NCBI GenBank assembly: GCA_010093995.1
Contig: ML992503.1
Span: forward strand, 62,001 to 117,668
Reading direction: 5' to 3'
DNA: 55,668 nucleotides
Origin: Elsinoe ampelina
Lineage: Eukaryota
In this document: in pieces, positions 12,700 to 24,708 of the stretch
Layout: each line of letters opens with the position of its first letter
How positions within the stretch are numbered: position 1 is the stretch's first letter
Translations under genes and position numbers: made by a program
The notes under the pieces: generated by a model
Database searches by the model: none
What the model was told of the DNA's origin: nothing
Seen by the model: the letters and a program-made list of their open reading frames with translations, nothing else

Positions 12700-14428
12700 C
12701 TACAGCTCCTCTCTCGGTAAGTCCTCATCGCCATCGCCATCGCCCAAGAACAAAACAATTTCCTCCTCTCCATCCAGCCTTTCAAGTGCCTCCATGATTG
12801 CCTTCTTTTGACCAACATCTGAATCTCCCTTCTTGCCACCCTTACTCTTCTTCTCCTCTTTGCTCTTTTGGCGATGCTTGTTCAGAGCTTCCTCCAATCT
12901 TGACTCAATGCTGTCCTTGTTGTTCTTCGCGCTCTCCTTCAAGCGGTCCTTCACGTTCTTGGCCGTCTCCTTCTGAGCTGCCTCATACTTGTCCTTCTCA
13001 TATTCCTCTCGGCCGGCTTGATTCTTCTTGGTCGCAGCGATTTCTTGTTCATCTTCATCGCCAATTATGCCTCGATACTCCCTGCCTCGCGGAGTATCCA
13101 CGACTTCTAGCGACCAGTCCTTGTCTCCCGCAATCTTGTCCAGCTGCTTCTTGAGTGCATCGATCTGCTTCGTCGAAGTGATCCCTAGCTTCTTGAGCTC
13201 TTCCGTATTCAACGACTTGCCCATGCTGTTGGCGATGACATCCACGAATGTCTCCTTGCCACCACCGACAATGGCCGTCTTCTCCAACTCTCTTCCTTCG
13301 GGCACCCATTTGTGTGCTCCAACCACAATGTCGCCAACGCGAGGAGGCGCGCGCGATGTGGTCTTGTCGCTAAGTGGACTCGGCACCTCTTGCTCAATTG
13401 TCTTCTTTGCTCTTGCTGCAATCTTAGCCTTGTATGCTGGGACCTCTTCAGGCTTCAGAATCGGAGAGCACGAGATAGGATGGGCGTGATCGCGCGATGG
13501 CGGAAGAAAAGCTACATCGTTGCAAAGTCGAGGAGTGTTGATGACCATGAGATATGTGCATGTCGCTAGTTCCTTGATGAATGCAATGTGGTCGTTGGTG
13601 GAGGGGCTGCAATGAAACTGTCCCTGATCAGTATACGAAAGTCTACAGCTTGGAACGTCATACCTGGATGTCAATCTTTCTCTCCTTGCCTGTCAAATCA
13701 CACACAGTACCTCCTTCAAGTCTCTGCACCAGGTACTTGGTATCGCCTCTCGTCTCTAGTGCTCCAACCGACTTGGCCGAAGCAAGGCTTGTCACCTTTC
13801 GAGCTAGCTCCTTGCTATCTGTCACATCATCCGGCTTGATTGTACCCTCCATGGTGCCGAGCTCGAAACCGGGCACGCTTGGATCTTCCACGGGCGTTGA
13901 CAGGGCCATGCCGGGCTGCGGCGGCAGCTGATGGAATTGCTTCACACCTTGGTTGAAGCAGTAGCGATACGACCACCAGCCTGACCAGTAGTATATGCAC
14001 TTTCCTTGCATCTCCTGCAATAGCTCCCATCCGCGGTTGTTCGCTCTCTCCAGCTCCTTCTCCTCTTCTTGCTTGGACAGCGTGACATTCTCGGCTTCGT
14101 CGAGCGCCGTATCAATGACAGGTATGGAACAGAGGTATCGTTGATCGTTCATTGTGAGAGCTTCGTGCTCATAACTGGCAACATCGACGGGACGACCAGG
14201 CTGCAACGAAGGATCCTGCTTCTGCAATGCCAGAGAACTCGCGTCTTGCGCGACATGTTCAGAGCCAGGACCTTGAAGGATCGCATGTGCCTTCTGCTCG
14301 GAAATGTAGTCTTGAGGAAACTTGATCTCGTACTGAGGATGAGCGAGTAGATCGTCGTTGACGCTGAATGAATTCTTGCTAGCTATGGCCACACGCAGCA
14401 GCGCTGGCAGTGCCCAGAAGTTTCTCAT
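12700..14428 (-). CDS. yos9: ER lectin Yos9/OS-9 homolog (ERAD, MRH/PRKCSH domain)
   Basis: Signal peptide MRNFWALPALLRVAIA. MRH motifs CIYYWSGWWSYRYC..VKQFH, YLVQRLEGGTVCDLTG, IKELATCTYLMVINTPRLC. Intron 13618-13663 joins KIDIQ|FHC. C-terminal ER retention signal REEL. Confidence 0.93.
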
Positions 14429-15380
14429 GATGATTGCTCGGTATCCTGAAGCTATGACGGTCGGGTATGTACCTCCACCGGTGTGAACATGATCCAAGGT
14501 TGTGTGAAATGAAGGACAGATGTTCATTTGAAGCCAACCATGACGACCCGGGGTGCTCTGGCCGCGTTTCCCAATCCGGCAGCTCTGCTCAATGCCCATC
14601 ACAGTCCCGTTCCCCTCTTATTTTATGTGCATCACCTTCCTTCACTTTCGCATCCGGCTTGTTGTGGTTCTACTGATACTTCGGCATACTCCAACATCTT
14701 ATGTGGATGGACAGCTGGCCTGGACAAGCGGTCTGAGGTGCACAGCGCTGCATTATTACACTTGACTATCCTCAATCCCACCGGATCGCAAACAACAAGC
14801 AGCCTAGTCTGCCGTCGGTAATAATCGCTTTGGCCTCGAATCGCTGTCAATCTGTGTGTAGACTACCGAGGTGGCTCGTCAGGACTACGGGTTGCACCTG
14901 ATCGTGAGACGTCACCAGAGCGACCCGTGGGACGAACACTTCATAACCCTTCAAGGCTTCCAGGAATATGTGTCGCCCTGCAGTCTGATCGAACAGAACA
15001 CCTCTTCAGCTCGTACGTAACGACTGTAAATTACCATTGAACGTCTTGCGCTCCTAGTGGAACATTCACATGACGGGGTTCGCCCCTCCGCTCCCACCTG
15101 AACACGTATCTTTTGATTTGCATTCAGCCTCCAGTCGTCAATCGTGGGTCGCTCGTGAATACGGCCCGAGATAGCGAGAGGATAGTGAATGGCTGCTGTC
15201 GGGATGAGCGGTCTCGACCGCCTCGACAGTTGCGCAGCCGTTGGCGCGTGGCAGGTATACCGCAGAACCTGGTGAGAACTATCGAATGCTTACTACCACA
15301 CCAATTGCGTGCGGCTACAAGTAGCAAGATGGCTCTCGCTGCAGGGTCCGCGTTTGTGCTCTTCACAAGGTCCATCTGTC

Positions 15381-16375
15381 ATGAAACTTGCCCTCATTGT
15401 TGCCGTTCTGGCGCAGGCTTTGTCGATCACTGCTCAAGGTATGCTTGTGCGATCTCCTGCTCAATTACTTTCCATATCTGACAGTCCTCAGTATGCACGC
15501 CTTCAGCCATCTCCACTGTCCGCAAGGCTCAGTCCGCTCCCGGAAGCTTCTGTAACAGCTACCTTACCGGGCAAAAGACCAAGTCTCCCATCAAAGGGCT
15601 GAATGCTGCTGCCGTATCGAAGGCATGCTACTGCATACTGTCGCCGCAGAAAACAACTACCACCACCGAGACCATCACTAGCATGGTGTTCACAGATGGC
15701 TGCGGTAACGCCACTGCCTACTCGACTACAAACGCCCCACCGTTCACGTCACGGACCTCGACACCTACATCTCGCAAATCTGCCACATCAACAGCCACAC
15801 AAGCAACTGTCTACCCCTCCAATTGTAGAAGATACGAGATGTTCTACATCCAGGTCGTACTCCCCTCGCCGACAAATCCATCGGATCCCATCTCTTCTCA
15901 CGCGGGTATCAACAACACCTTCCTCCTCGGACCCAGCGACGTCTCTGTTGCCTCCAACGGTACCTTTCTAGGCCACTACGACCCTGCCTTCGCCCCTCGC
16001 CGCTTCACAGCGGACGCCGCCAACTATCTGCTGGAGCCCAATGCCAAAGGCAAATATGACATACAATTCGGGCACTACTTTGGCATTTACCTCCACTACG
16101 ACGGGGATATCATCGATATGAAGAGCCCGGCGACGGGACGTGTGGTCGTGGCACAAAATCGGAAGCCAGCGAGTGACGCCAGCGAGTATCGCGAAAATAC
16201 GAGTCTCACGGCTTTTGGGGCCGAAATGACCTACTCTGAAGATCGACAGCGGACGTACATCCTGGCGTATGACAATGACGGTTATTATATGTCGAGGAAT
16301 TATACGATTCCGTGGCGAAGGAGCAAGGCGAATGGATTGCAGGGGGCGAGGTTCTTCCTTGCTAGGGGATGCTAG
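15381..16375 (+). CDS. Secreted protein of unknown function (~313 aa; 4-Cys N-terminal module, Thr-rich linker, beta-rich C-terminal domain)
   Basis: Signal peptide MKLALIVAVLAQALSITA. Intron 15439-15491 (GTATGC..CTGAC..CAG) joins in frame to VCTPSAI...FCNSYL...ACYC and ORF 15683-16375. Confidence 0.8.
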
Positions 16376-16388
16376 GTATCATAATTTA

Positions 16389-17347
16389 CTACGGCTCATT
16401 TTCATAACCCGGCAAGAACTTGACATCGAGTTTGTTGATCCCATACTTCTTCAACGTCGCTCTCCCGAAACTGGCAATCCTCGCCACATCCTGCCGGCAA
16501 TCCAGGTAGAGTCCTCGCAACTCCAACCCCCTTCCTGTGGTCAAGAACGCCGCTGTATTCCCACACAACTCAGGCACATCCTTGAACATCGGCCTCATCT
16601 GCTCTTGCACCTCAGGCGGAGCAGCATTCGCCATACTCGTGTAAACTCCACCAGGATGCAGACAGTAAACATGCACCTTCTCCCCCAACCCCTCGGCCTC
16701 AAACTCCTCCTGCAACGTCGCCGTAGCCCTCACCACCGCCGCTTTACTCGAGCTATAACTCAGTCCACCGGGGTAATCCACCGTCGCCGCCCTCGACGCC
16801 AGATTCACGATACACCCGGACTTTCTCTCCCTCATGCCCGGCAGAACTTGGTATATCGTCAACATGGTGCCCTTGAAATTAATCTCCACGGCGCGCCAGA
16901 ACTTGTCAAAGTCGCCGTCGGAAGACCGCTCGTTGAAGAAGACGCCGGCGTTGTTGATGAGGATGTCGACCTGCCCGAGGGAGGAGAAGATGGAGGAGAA
17001 GGTCGAGGCGACGCTGGTGGTGGAGCGGACGTCGCAGGCGTAGGTCTGGACGGTGATGTTGTAGGTGAGGCATTTGGATTTGGTTTCTTCGAGGGCGTCG
17101 GTGGTGAGGTCGAGGAGGGCGAGGTTGGCGCCTGTGTTGGCTAGGGCGACGGCGATGGCTTGGCCGATGCCTGAGGTGGTGTCAACCTGGGTTATGTGAG
17201 AGGGGAGGCTCCAGGTATACCTCGTCCTGCGCCAGTAACTACTGCGTTCTTGCCCATGTTTGCTCCAGCGAGCCTCTCCGGGAGAATGGGGCCGTATGGC
17301 TCATGGTTGAAGGGGATTGTGCTGATGCCGAAGTCGCTGGCGTTCAT
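16389..17347 (-). CDS. Short-chain dehydrogenase/reductase (classical SDR)
   Basis: TGAGR|GIG across intron 17171-17220, plus DILINNAG and catalytic YSSSK. Confidence 0.92.
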
Positions 17348-17784
17348 GGTGAGGTCGTTGGCGATTGCCTGGATCGAAAATTAGGTATGTAGAAAGGAAC
17401 ATGGTAATAAAAGTGTCCACGCGGAAGTGTAATTGTCTTGGGGCGTTGTCTCATGAAAGTTGGTTACCCCACGACGTCTTCAATAATGAGGAGAGGTGTG
17501 GGGTAACTTTTGGGGTAGCGGGGCAGGCACAGTCACGTGATAAAGACCTCCCCTGGTGCCTAAAAACAGACCCTCCTCGCCGTCAAGCGAGTAGCATTTT
17601 TGCTGTCTCTAGGAACCGCTTGGCCGAGCATGATGAAAATAAGAGCAACATGTATGTCTGATGTGATTGAAGAGATGAAATAGTAATCTGATTTCGATGA
17701 CTACAACAGACATGGACAAAATACTATGCTGTTCTTCAGAATGGTTTTCATATGTTTTGCAAGTACATGCACCTACATTTGATA

Positions 17785-20177
17785 CTACAGCTTAGCCATA
17801 GCACGGAGGTCCCAGGCAGCTGCAAACGATGCAGGTGAGTGTGGATCCCAGTTATTCACGACCTCGATAATCACTTTGAACGTTGGACCTGGAACATTGT
17901 CCCACAGCACCTTCTCGACATTGTCTGTGAACCACTATTAGCTCTTTGATGACACAAGAAATCTCTAAACTATGCCAGGAGAGGGGAGAGGAGAAAGGGT
18001 GAGGCCACGTACTAATGTTATCGAAAGTATTGCCGCCATTGCGGCCCATGTTCCCGTGACGAGCCTCTCCGCCTGACACAACGATCAAGTTCATCGAATT
18101 TTGTAGTGCTGCTCCGGCGGGATCCGGATAGGCGAGGGTGACGACAAGTCGACTTCGTCCAAGACCAGCTGGAATCGCAATTTCGCCGCTCTCCCATCGC
18201 CTCTCGGACTCTGACCCGGTCTGGATCAGCCCTGGCACGTCGAAGCGGGTGCTGTCGCTCCCACTGCTTCTGCCGTCCACGAATGTCCCGTTCCGTATCA
18301 TGGCAAGGGAGCTGTCGATAACGACGCGACCAAAACCTTGTTCGTAATCGTAGCCGAATCCAGGTCCCAACTTGCCCGAGAAGTTGACCGCTCCGTTGAC
18401 AAGCAGTGCCTTGATCAGAGCGGCGCTCGGACGCTTGCTGCCATATAGATCTTCTATAGCTTCCCGCATGAGGGCGACACAACCGGCGACAAGTGGAGTT
18501 GCCATGCTAAAAGTGGAGAGATGGTCAGTCTTGGTCTCGCATTGTACAAATCGTGGATGTACTTACCTTGTCCCAGACATGAATAGCCAGTCCTTATCAC
18601 CAGATTCGCCAAACTTCTGGTGTAACCAATCGCCCAACGGCAAGGCCCGAGACGCAGCGGACAAGATGGCCACGCCGGGCGCGACGATATCGGGCTTGAT
18701 TCGACCTTTGCCTCCGACCTGGCCACCGATGCTTGTCGGAGGTCGCACTGGCCCGCGGCTGCTGAACACGGCAGTGTCATTGATGCCAGTGATTGGCTTA
18801 GCACCAGCGTCCTGTACGAATCTACGGCCATCGTTAGGCCTGCTTGATCCACACGCACCCACCGTGATAGCGTTCTTCGCAGCGGCAGCGGCACCAAGCT
18901 GGCTGGGCCATCGTGCCGGATCTCTTGGCATATCGCCGTTGTTGGCCGCAGCAATGAGGATGATGAAGTCCTCGTGATGTGGCGCCAGTACCGCGCTTGT
19001 CGGTTCGGAGACATCACCATTCGAAGGCAAGCTGAGTGGTGGTATTTCTCCGTAGACGAAACGATCCATTTGAGTGGCTTGATCCTCATAGTCGTATTGT
19101 CCGATCTTATCGGACCACTCTTTGCCCCAAGAGTTGCTATGAATGCGGATACCCTCGTTGTATGCCGACTCGAACAAACGGTTTACTTCCGAGGGCAATA
19201 CGAGTTTCTTGAGTTTCGGATTACTGGGGAGCGGCTTGCTCAGTGACTGAACCAGTATCCTTGCACCAGGTGCGGTGCCCTGGATCGTTATGTCACCCCT
19301 GGTTACGTGCTTGTAGATGCCACTTCCACAGATAGAAGCGCACACATGGGTTCCGTGGCCATTAGTATCATTTCCGTCGTCCCCACGCCAAGGGGTATCA
19401 ACACGAATGATGCGGTCTTTGAATGCAGGGTGTGCCTCGACTCCAGGCAAGATCTTCGTGCCCGTACCAAGGTCGAAGCCCGTGTCGGCAACGCAGATGA
19501 TCTGACCCGCACCAGTATATGTCGATGAGGTCAAGTTTACAGCCCCATCTCCGGCCGTCAACAATGTGCCGCGAGCGAAGTCGTTGACAATAGCATCCTC
19601 GTAGACTTGCTCGATGCGATTGATGAAATCGAGCTTAGTAAGAGCCTCCAGCCTTTCTCCATTCATGACGACTCGGACCTTGTTGCTACTGATCTCGAGA
19701 TCATCCGGGTCAACTTGCGCGGCCTCGGCAATCTGCGCCGCGACTTGACGGGCGATGATATTTGGGGCTTGATGAAGAATACAGTCGACCACGTAATCTT
19801 CCTTGACGTTCTCATCATCAATGGCTTTTTTGAGGGCGATAGTACTCTTCAGCTCGCGCAGATATCTGTCGAGGAAGAAGCCCGTTAGCGCTCCAGTCGA
19901 GCCGGAAGACTGTCTCTACTTACATGCTCACTTCCAGGATATATGTTTTGTCTCGCAAAGGTTGCAGGTCGTGAGGCTCGTACCGGCACAGATATGTGTT
20001 GTTTCCAAGATACTCAATAAGTTGAGCACCAGTCTTGACTATATCATTTTTCTGGCTCGGATCAAGCGGTCTTTTAGTCTGAACGAGAATAAAATCTGTC
20101 TTCTCAGCTGTACGAGGTACATAGGAAGGCAGATCCTCCGGCACAACTTTGTTGCCATTGACCAAGAATGGTGCCAT
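17785..20177 (-). CDS. S8 subtilisin-like serine protease, KP43-type, no signal peptide
   Basis: Triad motifs ICVADTG, GHGTHV, SGTS|MATP. Also IHSNSWG, FSSRGP, IKPDIVAPG, QGFG and C-terminal beta domain NNVEKV. Introns 19866-19923, 18507-18566 and 17925-18012 all restore the frame. Confidence 0.93.
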
Positions 20178-21201
20178 CTCCAGTCCTTGGGCTGTTGGCT
20201 ATTGGGGCTGTTGGCTATTTGGCTTAGTCGACTCTACAGCATGAACACTGTGGAGTTTGCCAATGTATGTGGGGCGTGACAGTATTAATAGTGATTAGTC
20301 CTCTAGCCCAGGGTCTTAGTACATCAAGCCGAGTGAAGGGAAGCCTTCGGGCCCTCGCCTAGCTTGAGCTATATGGTGAGATTCTACGCAGAAGCGAGCT
20401 CGATCAAGTCACAAAGCATGTGATTCGCGTTGAGCACAGGTTCAAGAGACCGGAATAGGCCGGAACACTGTGGGTCTGGTGAAGGATATTACGCAAACCA
20501 CTACCAAAGTCTTTCGGTGCGTGCAGCCGAGTGCATCACTGTGCCAGTATTACGAGCGGACTGTGGCGAGCTGAAAGTATAGCTCCAACAACAAGTCGTT
20601 GGACTAAGTCCCGGGCTTGACAGAGGGCATGCCGATCAGTTGTGCCATTTGCCAGGTTCGAAAGCATGTTCATCTTGGAAGATGCAGGTCATACCGCTCA
20701 AGAGCAGCCATTGCGTGTCCCCCGATATCGTGCAGCATGCAGCCTGCCGATCTTACCGTATGCTCAGAAACCTTCTATCGTGCTATTGGCTGATGGGAAG
20801 ACGGTGAGACCAATGCGGCAACCACCTGTGCTGCCCCCTTGCTATCGCGTGAAGTCAGAGCTTCACGTCTTCCTTCAGCGGACGTGTTCTTTTGCTTTGA
20901 TGCAGCTTGCAAACTGTCTATGCCCATCTCAGAGGGTCTCCCGTCATTGCTTCGCGATTTTCGATATGATTGCAGCATCGAGTGTATGTTAGTTAGTGAG
21001 AAAAGAGGATTTGGCAATCGCTTGATTCTGACTAGCCAAAGAGGAGGTCGTCGCAATCAAATGCAATTGTTGTGATCGAGCGGCTCTATACTGATGACTA
21101 AGCTATATAGAATCGCATTCACTCTTTCTCGAGAGAAGCCGAGCAGTATCGCGATCTTCTATTTGTGCAAAAAAGAAATGATTGAGCGTGTTATATCGGA
21201 A

Positions 21202-22389
21202 TCATAGAACGTGATCATTCGCTGGTGTTGCGTCCTTGTCAATAGGGAAGATATCTTGGTCAAGGAATCTCTTCACGCCGTCGTCACCATCCCAGCTTCT
21301 GCCTGTGGACCACATGGTGCCTAATGCAACGCACTTATCGACTGCATCGCGACAGCCAAGTAGGCCATTCCACTGGTCAAGATTGCTCAGATTGCTAGGT
21401 TCGGGAATTCCATCGGATGGATGATCATAATGCGCATGCTGGCTGTCGTTCTGACCAAAATAGGTGTGAAAGTTGAGAATCGCGCCCCAGCGGTCAATTG
21501 TGCCAGGCTTGTAGGTCAAGGGATCTATTATCTCAGTAAGCCCGACTTGGCCGGCCACAACCTCGATCACTGGACGCTCAAGCTTGCTGCAATTCTGGAA
21601 AACATGGAACAACTTACTTGTGCTCGCCTGATCTTGCTTGTTCAGAGGGACTCGCTGCGCATGTCCTATAGCATAAGAGTCCTGGATGACGTGGAACATG
21701 CTTCCTAGCGCTCGCCGGCGGAAGTCTAGAGCAGAGAATTCCGACTTGGGCGCCAACATATAGCTCAAAGGCTGGAACCTCGGCGGCACGGAACCGCCAG
21801 ATACATCGGGTGGTGAGGCAAGGAGATGTCCCAGTTTGGTGTCCTTGACTAAGGTATGTGGTTCAATTTCTCCGGTTGACAGCTTGTACATGACCTCCAT
21901 CCATATCATGACCCTGGATTTCGTCTGTTCCGGGTGCTCGCCTGCAGCAGATGCCATGCAGTGTAAGAACTGCATGTCGCCATAATGCGAGCGTCCAATA
22001 ACGTTGTAGAAGCGATCCCCGGAAAGTTCCCTCGGGTTCCAGTCTGAGGCGCCCATCTTGTACTTGGCAACCCACTGCGCACCTGAGGCGTATGAATGAT
22101 TGGTGCCGTATGAGTCGTTAAACAACAGGCCGGCTGGATCGTCATTCCAGATGACACCACGAACAAACTCCCAGGTGGCGTTGTCGGCGGAATCCAGTGT
22201 AGTATCACGCGCTACACCGCTGTTGGCGACGTTTGTAAGGGCAGACAGCGTTAGGGACTCATGGATCGGGGTATGGAAGAGACCGCCCGGGCCGCCGGCG
22301 ACAGCCATCGCTGGCTCGACCTCAGTTCCCTCATCATCCTCACTGAAACTGAGTTTGACGGCATTGGGGGCGCGCATAGTGGTAGCCAT
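21202..22389 (-). CDS. Hypothetical protein, putative trinuclear-Zn phospholipase C/P1-nuclease-fold enzyme (~364 aa)
   Basis: Long ORF with a probable in-frame 93-bp intron 21525-21617. Motifs FHTPIHE, WNDDP, RSHYGD..FLH, HVIQDSYAIGH, HAHYD. No signal peptide. The gene is well supported and the fold is inferred. Confidence 0.75.
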   Translation of the reverse strand: MATTMRAPNAVKLSFSEDDEGTEVEPAMAVAGGPGGLFHTPIHESLTLSALTNVANSGVARDTTLDSADNATWEFVRGVIWNDDPAGLLFNDSYGTNHSYASGAQWVAKYKMGASDWNPRELSGDRFYNVIGRSHYGDMQFLHCMASAAGEHPEQTKSRVMIWMEVMYKLSTGEIEPHTLVKDTKLGHLLASPPDVSGGSVPPRFQPLSYMLAPKSEFSALDFRRRALGSMFHVIQDSYAIGHAQRVPLNKQDQASTSKLFHVFQNCSKLERPVIEVVAGQVGLTEIIDPLTYKPGTIDRWGAILNFHTYFGQNDSQHAHYDHPSDGIPEPSNLSNLDQWNGLLGCRDAVDKCVALGTMWSTGRSWDGDDGVKRFLDQDIFPIDKDATPANDHVL

Positions 22390-23641
22390 TGTGCTTGATC
22401 AGAGATGGAATTGAAGTGATCGAGAGGTCATGACCAAAATACAGCGAGTATGAATACTTGGGGAGATGAGACTCCTTACAGCTGTCGAGCACGTGACTGC
22501 ATTCGCGTTCGCCTCGTGCCGCCATGTGTGTGTCTGGCAGTTTACCATGGTGTTACCCGACAGTTTTACCCGACATGGGAACCCTGCACAGCCTGCATGA
22601 CGCTACCAAGTCGGACTGTGCTTCTCATGTTTGCACAGCTCATCAAAAGGACAAGGTGCCCAGAGCGCAGCGAAACCACTTCTACCGTATCAAACGGCCC
22701 CCGCGAGCGGCATCGGACCGTACCACACGCAACCATCCCCCAGCATTTAGACCTCCTGCTGTCAACTGTCGCCAATTGTCAGACATCGACACCAGAACAG
22801 CTGAAGCCTGATCCAATTTGTCAATACCTAACGAGGATTCAGGGGGTTCAAATCCACTTGACTGCGTCCAACGCAAGCTTGGAGAACTCCGCGGAAGAGA
22901 CGCACGATGCAGGGCGATTCAAAGTCATATCCGGTCGCTTCCTGTCGAGGTCTTGCGAGTTTGCATACACTAATCCACTTAGGTGCTCAGGCGAAGGCCG
23001 CTTTACGCCAGCCACACGAGGATGATCTGCACGTCTCGTTGACTCCTTTCCCGAATGAGACACAATACTCCACAATAGATTCTCTATACACGTAATTGAA
23101 GCTCGTGCCGCAATTCGACATTGATCAGGGCTACTGTACACACCACCAGCTTTCACTCTGCACATGTACGCTGGACTTGGGTAGTCGCGGCCGAATGAGT
23201 TTACTACTAACCCTTGCCCCTGCGTGGCTCGGGCTTGTTTCTCCTGTTACGCACCTCTATATCGTGCAGATGCACCTCAGCTGGGTCAGTACAGGTAACA
23301 CAGACCCCAGTGGATGTCTTTGTGGCATCGCTGTCGTCAGCCTAGGAACCTTCACAATCACCGTCCAAAAGAGGCGACCGTGGACCCTATCAGACTACAG
23401 ACAAGCACGGCGAGAGATCCACACATCGGCTAGTCCGACAACAGTCGACCCCTACAGAGAGCTCACGACGTTTGTGCTGCATGGTGGGCAACATGGACAC
23501 CAGACGGTGTGTTTCTGCATGTGCTCCATGTCTGCATATGAGTACATCATTTGCATAGATGTACATTGTCCTCGTCACTCAGATGTCGTTTAGCCGACAA
23601 AGACTTGAAGACCATATGAGTACCTCTCCTGTTTCTTTGTC

Positions 23642-23648
23642 TATAAAT
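23642..23648 (+). promoter_or_regulatory. TATA box of the 150-aa gene
   Basis: TATAAAT ~145 bp upstream of ATG 23787, followed by a C/T-rich leader. Confidence 0.55.
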
Positions 23649-23786
23649 CCAGTCCCAGCCCCCAGCATTCACATCTCGTTGTAAAACTATCCCAATCACA
23701 TCACAGGGTGCTCCGCCCCGATCTCCAAGACACAATCGAATATAGCAGACATCAACGACCGTCCTCACTCTTCTGCTTCCATCATC

Positions 23787-24239
23787 ATGTCTACTACCAC
23801 TACCACCACTACTCAGCAGAAGGAAGTCCCTGCTAATGCCGAAGTTGGCTGGCAGGTGCTTTCGAACGACCAGGGCACCAAGTACCGGGTCAAGGCTGAG
23901 GAGTACGACCTCGCCGAGGAGTCTGCTTCCTCGGACGCTCCTGCCGCAAGCGGTCCTCCTTTCAAGGACGTCAAAGTTACCTGGAGGTTCGGTACCGAGG
24001 GAGCCCCGGACAAGGACGTGCAGGAGCAGACGTCTATCACGTGGTACAAGTTGGCCAAGGCCCCTTGGTACTCACCTTACACGTACGAGTTGACCATTGT
24101 CGCCAAAGACACGTACAACTTCAAGTTCACCGACATGGAGCCCGACACCTACTCCCTCGATGTCTACCAGAACGCCGGTAGCCACTACGTGCAGTACAGC
24201 TCCAAGAACCCTACCATCGTCAGCATCTCCGGCTCCTAG
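23787..24239 (+). CDS. Small hypothetical beta-strand-rich protein (150 aa), no signal peptide
   Basis: Intronless ORF with strong C/G-ending codon bias, CATCATG start context and an upstream TATA. Alternating aromatic/polar strands (YELTIV, YNFKFTD, YSLDVY, HYVQYSS). Confidence 0.85.
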   Translation: MSTTTTTTTQQKEVPANAEVGWQVLSNDQGTKYRVKAEEYDLAEESASSDAPAASGPPFKDVKVTWRFGTEGAPDKDVQEQTSITWYKLAKAPWYSPYTYELTIVAKDTYNFKFTDMEPDTYSLDVYQNAGSHYVQYSSKNPTIVSISGS

Positions 24240-24708
24240 ATGGAAGGTTCCAATACGATCACCGTTGTGCGGGGACGGGGCATGTCATATTAGTGATAGG
24301 TCGTGGACTCATCGATGGCCGAGTCAAGATTGTCGACTCCTCTTCTTTACAGCGTTTTTCGTAGCCCACCGTAAATGAGAACAGCCAACGCTTGACGAAT
24401 GGCATGGCACAGGCAGAAACCTTTCTAGCTCCGATATGCTCAGTGCTCCTTGTGATATACTTGATCGATCTTGGTATCATGGACTCTCAGGTCCGACCAT
24501 ACGCACAAGATCAAGTGATGGATCGTTGTGCTCCGTATATGATGAGTCTTCATCAGCCACATTGCACGTCGGGTATTCCATCGAAAACAGCAGATCGACA
24601 CGAAAATTGCCATCAAAGTGACTTCGTTGATCTCATGCTACGTCCAAAGAAATGGTATCTCGCTAAAGGCAATGCAGACGCTGACGGACCGAAAGAGGCC
24701 CGTATTCC

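Noticed and set aside
13658..14602. ORF-track start 58 codons upstream of Yos9
   Set aside because: The signal peptide begins at ATG 14428, so the upstream part is likely UTR.
16269..17144. 291-aa plus-strand ORF
   Set aside because: Antisense shadow of the GC-rich SDR gene.
22450..23593. ORFs of 95-191 aa between the divergent genes
   Set aside because: No codon bias or motifs and mostly non-ATG starts. Probably shared promoter DNA.
21202..24239. Possible gasdermin next to the S8 protease (het-Q/rcd-1-like)
   Set aside because: Neither neighbour shows a gasdermin-like size or sequence pattern. The larger one is His/Asp metal-site-like and the smaller one is too short.
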